IMG/VR virus record: IMGVR_UViG_3300037296_000046 | Coordinates: 11,870 to 75,869 of that record | Length of the DNA stretch: 64,000 bases | Direction: 5' to 3' (one strand) | From: a virus | In this document: positions 56,971-64,000 of the stretch, one piece after another | How positions within the stretch are numbered: position 1 is the stretch's first letter | Layout: each line of letters starts with the position of its first letter | Program-made: the position numbers and the translations under genes | The notes under the pieces: generated by a model | The model's database searches: none | What the model saw: only the letters and a program-made list of their open reading frames with translations | Told to the model about the DNA's origin: nothing

Positions 56971-59220
56971 TCAGAAGTTCATTGCAGGGTTCATTGCGGG
57001 GTCTTGTCGAGGGTCAAACGTAGACGATCCAATTGGGTTAGGATTTGGACTACGCTTGGGAGCATCAAGCATCTTGCTTAGTTCGTTGTAACCAACGGCA
57101 GATGCAATATCAGGGTTAGATTCACCTTCCTTACGGGCTTTAAGCATTGCCTTCGTAACCTCTAGGCTTTGGTTGCCTTTGGCTTGTCCGGTTTGCTTTT
57201 CCATATCCCGATCATGGGACACACCAGATGCTTCATTCTCAGCTTCTACTTTTGCCTTACCAGCTTTAGCAATAGTCTCTTGAGCTTTTGCCTCATTTAG
57301 TTGGATGTTGGAAGCAATAAGTTGAATATCCATTTCTAGCTTCTTCATCTCAAGCTCTTTCATCTTCTCTGCCATAGGGTCAGGCTGAGGTTCAAAACGC
57401 AAGATTTTCTCAGCCAGAGTAGGCATACGCTTGAGGGTAGCAATATCAGAAAGGATCAATTTGCTCATATTAGGGTCCATATTTGGACCCATAGTTTGCA
57501 GCATGAAACCGAGGTCTTGAGCCTTTTGCTCATCAACTTCAGCAGTAGAGATGTCTACCAGAAGGTCGAATTTACCTTTGAGGTCTTCACGACGAACAGT
57601 GACAAACTTCTTATTGGTAACACGAACAACTTCTTCTTCATCCAAGAACAAGGCGTTCATAGCCATCAGCTTAACACCGATGTCCTGCATACCTTTAGCC
57701 AGACGACGAAGGATGTTCATCTCACGCTTAGCAGAGGCGTCCAGTACAGCACGGGTGTTTGCAGCAACCTTCCCATACCCATCACCAGACACACCACCAG
57801 CGAAGCTCTTAACGCCGCTGAGAGCCTCTGCTTCTTGGTTCTGTAACTGGTTGATCGTCAGAGCAGAGTTAGGAATCTCTGGGTAGGTGTGCTGATAGAT
57901 GCTTTGCTGTGGAGCACTGCCCGGATTAAACTCATAGTCTAGACCGTTCTCATAACGACGACGGTTGGTTACATCCAAGAATCCCTTGGCATAACCAGTC
58001 TGAGAGTTTGCAGAACGACCCAAGAGGTCAATCATACCACGAGTAGTAGCACCAAGGATCGCTTGGTTATCCTCTAGGATTTCAGCATCAGGTTCACCGA
58101 ACACTTCACGCTTCTTAGGCAGGTAGTTCACCACAACGAATGGTGGCTTACCATCTGGGAATGGATTTTCTTCCATACGAATCAGAGTGTTACCGATCCA
58201 TGTGGCAACAATAGGTTTCAGAACCTTGTCACCATCAATGTCATGGTAGCCCCAGTATTCGTAGGCAACGATCTTCTTCTTCAGTTCATCCTTACGCTCG
58301 AAGTCATTAGGCGTAGTTGTAGCATGATCAGGCTCAGACAGGACGTTAGACGTGGACCAGTTCACCTTGTCCAAGTTCTTGTAACGACCATCTTTACGAA
58401 GCTCTGCCTGAGTGGTTTCAAACGATACCGTAATGAAACCTGCCTTCTCATAATCACCCTCACAGGATGGATCAATGAAGACGTTATCAGGGTGCATGAT
58501 CTGAACAGTAGGCTTGTTCTCGTCAATAACTTCCTTTTCCTGCTCAATCATACCGACGATTGTAGCTACGGTAGGAACACCAGATTCCTCCATATAATCA
58601 ACGGCAGCACGCAGTTCTTCAGGGAGATTGAGATACTCGTTAGGGTTCTCCTCCTTGATCTGCATGGCTTGCTGAAGGAATTGCATATCCTCCTCAGTCT
58701 GAACTTCTACATGTTCAAACTCTGGGACTTCTTCCATCTCAGTATGGGTGTAGCGAATCCAGCCAAGACGAACGATACTTGTACCTTCATCGACAGTAGT
58801 ACGGACGTACTCATCAATGAATTTCACTTTGTTCAGCTTGGTATCAAACTGCCAGTTCAACAGCAGTTCGTTTTGGTTCGCAGACAGGTCATCTTCAAAG
58901 GTACGAGGGTTCACTTCAAACAGCTTCTCTGAACCAAGGAACGGCTCAGACAATGCTGAATAGCGCCACTCAGCCTGACGGCGGATCAGCTTGGGTTGTA
59001 CCGAGGAACGACCTTTGACCTTCTTAGGACGAGCAGAACCATCCACGTTACGCAGGTCATTCCAGCGTTTGATCTTACCAGTCTGAGCATCGTGGGAAGG
59101 CTTACAAGCCTCAAGGTCTTCCTTGAGGTCACGCAAGTTGGGTTCTTTCTTCCAGTCGGTTAGCTTGGGGTCTTCGCCCATATCAATCCGCTGTTTAGGC
59201 TCGTCCAAAACTTCGACCAT
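56971..59220 (-). CDS. portal protein (N4 gp59-like)
   Basis: GRSSVQPKLIRRQAEWRY, RGMIDLLGRSAN; size and synteny. Confidence 0.93.
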   Translation of the reverse strand: MVEVLDEPKQRIDMGEDPKLTDWKKEPNLRDLKEDLEACKPSHDAQTGKIKRWNDLRNVDGSARPKKVKGRSSVQPKLIRRQAEWRYSALSEPFLGSEKLFEVNPRTFEDDLSANQNELLLNWQFDTKLNKVKFIDEYVRTTVDEGTSIVRLGWIRYTHTEMEEVPEFEHVEVQTEEDMQFLQQAMQIKEENPNEYLNLPEELRAAVDYMEESGVPTVATIVGMIEQEKEVIDENKPTVQIMHPDNVFIDPSCEGDYEKAGFITVSFETTQAELRKDGRYKNLDKVNWSTSNVLSEPDHATTTPNDFERKDELKKKIVAYEYWGYHDIDGDKVLKPIVATWIGNTLIRMEENPFPDGKPPFVVVNYLPKKREVFGEPDAEILEDNQAILGATTRGMIDLLGRSANSQTGYAKGFLDVTNRRRYENGLDYEFNPGSAPQQSIYQHTYPEIPNSALTINQLQNQEAEALSGVKSFAGGVSGDGYGKVAANTRAVLDASAKREMNILRRLAKGMQDIGVKLMAMNALFLDEEEVVRVTNKKFVTVRREDLKGKFDLLVDISTAEVDEQKAQDLGFMLQTMGPNMDPNMSKLILSDIATLKRMPTLAEKILRFEPQPDPMAEKMKELEMKKLEMDIQLIASNIQLNEAKAQETIAKAGKAKVEAENEASGVSHDRDMEKQTGQAKGNQSLEVTKAMLKARKEGESNPDIASAVGYNELSKMLDAPKRSPNPNPIGSSTFDPRQDPAMNPAMNF

Positions 59221-59486
59221 TATTCATTTCCCTCAGAATTTACGACCATGCAGCGTTTCGCAGCAATGCAGATCGTAGCCAGTTTATTATGAGCAGCCAG
59301 CAAACTTGTTGTATTCTCTAGGTAGCCATTACCTAAATCACCAACCGTATTCAATGCTCCTGCGTAGACTGGTTCAGGTTCAAAGACGCTATCGGGTAGC
59401 CCCTCCAACACTGGTGTCTCCATCCCGCAGGCGGATAACAGTATCACGAAAGACATCAGAGAGAGGCGTGTTGTACTCGACCGCAT
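59220..59486 (-). CDS. o-spanin (Rz1-like lipoprotein)
   Basis: lipobox LSAC; overlaps the 3' end of the i-spanin in another frame. Confidence 0.75.
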   Translation of the reverse strand: MRSSTTRLSLMSFVILLSACGMETPVLEGLPDSVFEPEPVYAGALNTVGDLGNGYLENTTSLLAAHNKLATICIAAKRCMVVNSEGNE

Positions 59487-59706
59487 TTTTCAGTTCCTCT
59501 TGAAGCTCACGCTGCTTCACAACTAGATTTTCATTTTGCTCTTGTAGCACTGCTACCAGCTTTGCAGCTTCTTGGTAGGCTTCGATACGGTTTTCTAGGC
59601 TAGTAACAACAATAGAAAGCCCAGAGGCTTTCTGTTTGTAGAAGGCTGCTGACCCACCTAGGGCCAACAATCCTACAGTGCCTATCAAATACACATATTT
59701 GAGCAT
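59389..59706 (-). CDS. i-spanin (Rz-like)
   Basis: N-terminal TM plus coiled coil, downstream of the endolysin. Confidence 0.75.
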   Translation of the reverse strand: MLKYVYLIGTVGLLALGGSAAFYKQKASGLSIVVTSLENRIEAYQEAAKLVAVLQEQNENLVVKQRELQEELKNAVEYNTPLSDVFRDTVIRLRDGDTSVGGATR

Positions 59707-60356
59707 TACATGAACTGCTTTTTCATCCGTTCACGGAGAATATCCCCGACGACAATGGCACTAGAAACTTTATCCATTTCCGGTAGGACAGAGAAATCCC
59801 ATTTACCATTCTGAGTGATGCCCAACGTAGGCTGGATTTCAGCATGGCTCAAGGTGGAATAGCGGCTCACTGGGATGTCGAAGTCACGGCAGTGCTGGGC
59901 AGTACGACACAGCATAGCGTCGATCATCTCCCAGTTCAGTGGGGAATCTCCCCAGCTAAATGGATAATCTTTAGCGCCACGCATAGCAGCCACAGCTTCA
60001 CCAATAGCCCCTGTATTGGCGTTGAGCGTGTGAGAAACACCGACAGAGCCAGCACGATAATCAGCTTGGTGTTCAGGACGAGCGCCACCATCGTATGAGA
60101 TACCTTGGAAGTCACTAACACCATTGTAATGCGAAGCAATTTCAGTCGAAACCACATAGCCTGAAGCAGTCCAATGCCAGTGGACACGGTGCAGACCAGA
60201 GACGTGGAAAAGCTGACTCTCATACTTTACGCCTTTAAACGCACAGGCAGACGCTACAGCAGCGTTGGTGTTACGTCCACGGATACCGTCGATGCCCTTG
60301 GGATCGAACCCTAGAGCAGCACAGCGAGCTTGTAGGTCACGAACAGTGTAGCCCAT
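59706..60356 (-). CDS. endolysin: peptidoglycan-binding domain plus Amidase_2 domain
   Basis: LQ....LG...IDGIRG.NT; HWTA, SHT..N...IG, HAEI...K.D zinc-amidase pattern. Confidence 0.85.
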   Translation of the reverse strand: MGYTVRDLQARCAALGFDPKGIDGIRGRNTNAAVASACAFKGVKYESQLFHVSGLHRVHWHWTASGYVVSTEIASHYNGVSDFQGISYDGGARPEHQADYRAGSVGVSHTLNANTGAIGEAVAAMRGAKDYPFSWGDSPLNWEMIDAMLCRTAQHCRDFDIPVSRYSTLSHAEIQPTLGITQNGKWDFSVLPEMDKVSSAIVVGDILRERMKKQFM

Positions 60357-60856
60357 TAGATTAAGTCCTTCTCATTGATAATTAGGAACGTGTTACTCTG
60401 TACGCAGCGACGAGCAATAGGAATCTCCCAAATACCCAGAACGACTGTATGGCAGGTGTCGATGTAATAGCTACCGATTCCAAACCCACGAGCCTTAGCT
60501 TGTGCCATCTCTTTTTGACCACCCAACCACCATGTCAGATACAAAGGGTCAGGTAGTTCCTTGCTTGGACTATAAATGAACGAACCCTCAGACTTTGCAG
60601 GGTAGATCAGTTCACCATTGGTACGGCGAATGTCTACTGTGAAGTATCCCCGGAAATCCCGGAGTACCTCCCGTTTTACCACCATGGTAACACCTTCACC
60701 CTCTATATTTATAGGGCTTACATCTACAGATTCTAGATGAATCCAAATCTTGTCCATCAATAGAGATGGTACAAAATAGAAGAAACACACTAGTAGAACC
60801 ATCCATGTCATAGGTGTGTTCCGGTTAGATAATGTCTGACGGGTTATAGTATTCAT
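60356..60856 (-). CDS. single-TM membrane protein of the lysis region (gp62-like)
   Basis: one TM helix, C-terminal Cys pair; position. Confidence 0.55.
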   Translation of the reverse strand: MNTITRQTLSNRNTPMTWMVLLVCFFYFVPSLLMDKIWIHLESVDVSPINIEGEGVTMVVKREVLRDFRGYFTVDIRRTNGELIYPAKSEGSFIYSPSKELPDPLYLTWWLGGQKEMAQAKARGFGIGSYYIDTCHTVVLGIWEIPIARRCVQSNTFLIINEKDLI

Positions 60857-61140
60857 TGTCCAAATTTCTTCTGAATAAGACCCTTAACAAAGGGTACATC
60901 TGAAACCATTGCAGATACAGTTTCCAACGCCAGAAACCCTAGTGCTGTGACTAGGATTCCTGTGATGGTTAGGCTCCAACCGATATAGGCGGTCAGGTCT
61001 GGTGCGATGCTGAAGCCAAAGCCAGCAGAAGCCATAGTAATCAGAAAGCGCGACTTGAAGGGTTTATCTTCGTTGCTCTGAAAGACGTATAAAGCTGCTG
61101 CCGCAATAGCGACATAGAATTCTAAAGGTTTACCGTTCAT
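60853..61140 (-). CDS. putative holin
   Basis: 95 aa with 2-3 TM segments and basic C-terminus, upstream of the endolysin. Confidence 0.7.
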   Translation of the reverse strand: MNGKPLEFYVAIAAAALYVFQSNEDKPFKSRFLITMASAGFGFSIAPDLTAYIGWSLTITGILVTALGFLALETVSAMVSDVPFVKGLIQKKFGQ

Positions 61141-61163
61141 AGTCTTTCCTAGCCACTACGATA

Positions 61164-62162
61164 TTAGATATATGCTAATGAGCGCACACCCCCATTTACC
61201 GTTTCTAGATCACCTACCTGCCAGTCGTCATTGGTGTAGGGGTTACTATCCCAGATTGTGAGGACACGGCTCTCGTCTTGAGTGGTTTGGTCAACTGTGT
61301 CGATGTTGACGCCATTCTTACGAAGATAACCACGGACACGAAGTCCAGAGTTGTTATCTACATATCGCATAGACTGAACCAAAGCGCGAATACCAATTGG
61401 GGAGTTTGCACCCTCATAATCAGAAAAGTTACCTGCAATCCGTGCATTTAGCATATCCGTAGAGATACCAGAGCCAGTATCCTCATCTGCAAGGGACTGC
61501 CATGTACCGTTCCATGTGTTCTCTACAGCATCATCCACTGGGGACATCGTAGCCAGACGAGCACCCAACAGTGGTTCACCGTCAGACATCATCATCTCAG
61601 ATATAGCAAATTCACAAACACCACTATAATGGAATGGGTGTGAGAAGCTAACTTTACCGATGTTCTTTTGGCGAGTGTCTGGATAACTAAAGACATATTG
61701 CAGAATACCATTAACGTAGAATTTCAGATAGTGGTTTACACCATCTTGTTTCACATTAATCGTATAAGTAACCATTTCACCTTCTGGGAAGAATCCCATG
61801 ATGTTACCACCGGTCAAGTAGCTCTGATCACTGATCTGCATCAATACGTTTGAGAAGTTTGTAGTGACGAAGAACGAAGCTAGACGACCACCATTAACAT
61901 CGTCAATTCGCATCATGTGTCCACCACCGACACCTGCCGATTGGTAGAATGGTCCCACCCGAACCTGCTTAAACTGGACCCATACATCATAGGTAGGCGC
62001 AGGTGGGATGATTGGGGTGTAGGTCATATTCACACCAGCGCCTCCGTATGGGAACGGCTTTAAAGCATAAGGCGCATACTTTGGATCAAACTTTCCGGCT
62101 CTCTCATCTTTCAAAGCTAGGGTAGCTTCGTAGACTAATGCTCCTGCATATGTGATGGCCAT
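61164..62162 (-). CDS. putative tail/receptor-binding protein (lectin-like beta sandwich)
   Basis: aromatic beta-rich sequence, LKFYVNG strand, NPYT..W...D C-terminus. Confidence 0.55.
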   Translation of the reverse strand: MAITYAGALVYEATLALKDERAGKFDPKYAPYALKPFPYGGAGVNMTYTPIIPPAPTYDVWVQFKQVRVGPFYQSAGVGGGHMMRIDDVNGGRLASFFVTTNFSNVLMQISDQSYLTGGNIMGFFPEGEMVTYTINVKQDGVNHYLKFYVNGILQYVFSYPDTRQKNIGKVSFSHPFHYSGVCEFAISEMMMSDGEPLLGARLATMSPVDDAVENTWNGTWQSLADEDTGSGISTDMLNARIAGNFSDYEGANSPIGIRALVQSMRYVDNNSGLRVRGYLRKNGVNIDTVDQTTQDESRVLTIWDSNPYTNDDWQVGDLETVNGGVRSLAYI

Positions 62163-62163
62163 G

Positions 62164-63375
62164 TTAAACTTCCTTCTTCAATTCTAGGGTCAGCAACACT
62201 GATCCCCCCTTAATTCGTGGGTCTGTTATTGTGCTGTATACAGGAGCTAGACCATCATGGCCCCCTACAAATTGCACGGTTGAAAGGTTACTCAGCGATT
62301 CCTGATTTTGAAAACCCAAGTTGGATTCAATAGGTAAGTTCAAATACAGATTTAGTAGCACGAGCACGTTGAGGATTAGGGAATCAGGTTCTTGTGGGGT
62401 TATCACTGTCTCCAATGTAGTATTCCCCGTGACATTAACAGTCGAAGCAGCAGCACCAGCTACCGTGTAATCATGATCCAACTCGTACACAAAGATGTCA
62501 CTGTTATAAACGAAATATGATTGAACGGTTCGGAATTGCACTGGTGTAGCATCTGGTGCTTTCCATATAGCCAACATGCTTTTCAGTTGAGTCGATGACA
62601 CGTTCTGAGCATTGCCTGTGCTTACGTCTGCCAGCGTCACTCTGGTTGCTTCATCAGCACCAGTGTTCTTTACTGATAAAACAGTAGTCTGGTTATTAGT
62701 AGCATACTGCCGCGTGGCTGTTTGTATCAGATATGTCTTACCAGCTACAGGAACAAAACTGTCTGTATCGTTTGTGGTATTGTAGGTTCTAGCTTTGGTA
62801 GCAACCGTCTTCATAAACAAGCTGGCTTTACCTGTATCCTTACCTGAAGTTAAACCATCATTCACTAATCGGAATGAGATGTTCTGATATACAGAATCAG
62901 GCACGGTAAAGGTAGCAGGCAAGCTCGTTATACCTGCTGACACCCATGGACCCTGATTCACAGAATACTCAAGGTCATCAAAACCAGATTTCTCATAGGT
63001 GAATTCCACGAGCATATCTCGCGTTCCAGCTACGTTCTCGGTTGTGTAATCCAACTGATTGAACGTCTCTTTTACGATGAGCGATTGGACCACTTCCTGC
63101 GTGCTGAAATACGTTGGATTAACCATATTCAAGGTATGTCGCACTGCACGAATGGAGCCAATGAAAGCAGGGTTCAGCATGACTACACCATGACGAGCGA
63201 TCTGGCTGTCACCGATGTTGTTTACCTTGGTGGGCATGATGACGCCATGCCGTGCTAGTTCACCGTTATTGGCAGAGCCATCAGTGACAGCCTCCATAGG
63301 TGGGACACCAATATCAATGAGTCCAAACTTAGCACCCTTAAACAAAGCACCTGTGATCATGTGAAACGTAGGCAT
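62164..63375 (-). CDS. putative tail protein
   Basis: Thr/Val-rich, FN3/Ig-like LEYSVNQGPW segment; tail module position. Confidence 0.5.
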   Translation of the reverse strand: MPTFHMITGALFKGAKFGLIDIGVPPMEAVTDGSANNGELARHGVIMPTKVNNIGDSQIARHGVVMLNPAFIGSIRAVRHTLNMVNPTYFSTQEVVQSLIVKETFNQLDYTTENVAGTRDMLVEFTYEKSGFDDLEYSVNQGPWVSAGITSLPATFTVPDSVYQNISFRLVNDGLTSGKDTGKASLFMKTVATKARTYNTTNDTDSFVPVAGKTYLIQTATRQYATNNQTTVLSVKNTGADEATRVTLADVSTGNAQNVSSTQLKSMLAIWKAPDATPVQFRTVQSYFVYNSDIFVYELDHDYTVAGAAASTVNVTGNTTLETVITPQEPDSLILNVLVLLNLYLNLPIESNLGFQNQESLSNLSTVQFVGGHDGLAPVYSTITDPRIKGGSVLLTLELKKEV

Positions 63376-63836
63376 TAGCCGTTATTCCCTATACCATCAT
63401 CTACTTCAATAGGGATCAGATCACCTAAGCCTAGCCACTTGTTGTCACCGATCTTCTTCATCATCACACCATCACTCAGCGGTCCTGTGTAGAACAACTG
63501 AGGGCCGGGATAATTGTTGATCGTCACACCTGCCTCTGCATAAGTAAAGAACCGTTGAGAGCTTACAATCGTAGTCTCTTGTAGGTCTAACGTAGGTGCA
63601 TTGTAAGGGTAAGTTATATATCCCTCCCGTGTACCACGAAGCTCAATGATATAGTTGAAGTCTATAGATGTCAGGAAGTAATCCGTGTCACTGGACACTA
63701 CCTTGTAAGGGATCGGTGAACAGATGAATTGGTTAGGATTACCTACGCCTAGACCCCATACATCAGGGCAGACCTTATCCCCTTCCACATCCATGGACCA
63801 TTGAGAACTGGCATTGTTTACGAAGTCTTCAGCCAT
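63375..63836 (-). CDS. putative tail-associated protein
   Basis: C-terminal GVTIN...KKIGDNKWLGLGDL resembles tail-fibre-associated beta domains. Confidence 0.5.
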   Translation of the reverse strand: MAEDFVNNASSQWSMDVEGDKVCPDVWGLGVGNPNQFICSPIPYKVVSSDTDYFLTSIDFNYIIELRGTREGYITYPYNAPTLDLQETTIVSSQRFFTYAEAGVTINNYPGPQLFYTGPLSDGVMMKKIGDNKWLGLGDLIPIEVDDGIGNNG

Positions 63837-63849
63837 GGCTGTATTCCTT

Positions 63850-63999
63850 TTAGATAATGATCAGAGACGTTATACGCCGTGGCTTCTTACCACCAAGTAA
63901 GGCATCATCTGTCACGTATACCACCTCAAATTGATCCACTGCTAATTTCGTCAACGGTGAACCATACACAGCCACGACCTCTAGCTGATCTACAGCTAG
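63850..63999 (-). CDS. partial CDS (3' end), probable tail protein
   Basis: read by hand as LAVDQLEVVAVYGSPLTKLAVDQFEVVYVTDDALLGGKKPRRITSLIII*; runs off the window. Confidence 0.55.
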   Translation of the reverse strand, partial: LAVDQLEVVAVYGSPLTKLAVDQFEVVYVTDDALLGGKKPRRITSLIII

Positions 64000-64000
64000 G

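Overview
64 kb of an N4-like podovirus genome (Schitoviridae). The host is probably an alphaproteobacterium such as a Rhodobacteraceae member; this is an inference from the NrdJ and H-NS types. Plus strand 1-35.4 kb carries early and middle genes: split RNAPII subunits, a class II ribonucleotide reductase, an AAA/vWA pair, dCTP deaminase, ThyX, a nucleotide kinase, rIIA/rIIB, helicase, family A DNA polymerase, exonuclease, primase, Sak4, SSB and resolvase. Minus strand 35.5-64 kb carries the giant virion RNA polymerase, ejection and structural proteins, major capsid, portal, the lysis cassette and tail proteins. Accessory genes include a TAXI-type periplasmic binding protein, H-NS, a TraR/DksA-like zinc finger and a macrodomain-like protein. 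The most unusual locus is a ~900-bp island between the helicase and the Nmad5/DNA polymerase genes (24435-25337). It holds tRNA-Arg(CCU), a ~200-nt non-coding region tiled by seven hairpins, a two-domain DUF2829/Tad2-like protein, and an 80-nt non-canonical tRNA mimic ending in CCA. The two non-coding RNAs share an atypical T-arm loop, GG-UGGRAAC-CC. This is proposed as a candidate RNA-plus-protein counter-defence module. All homology calls come from motif recognition and synteny by eye; no database searches were run.
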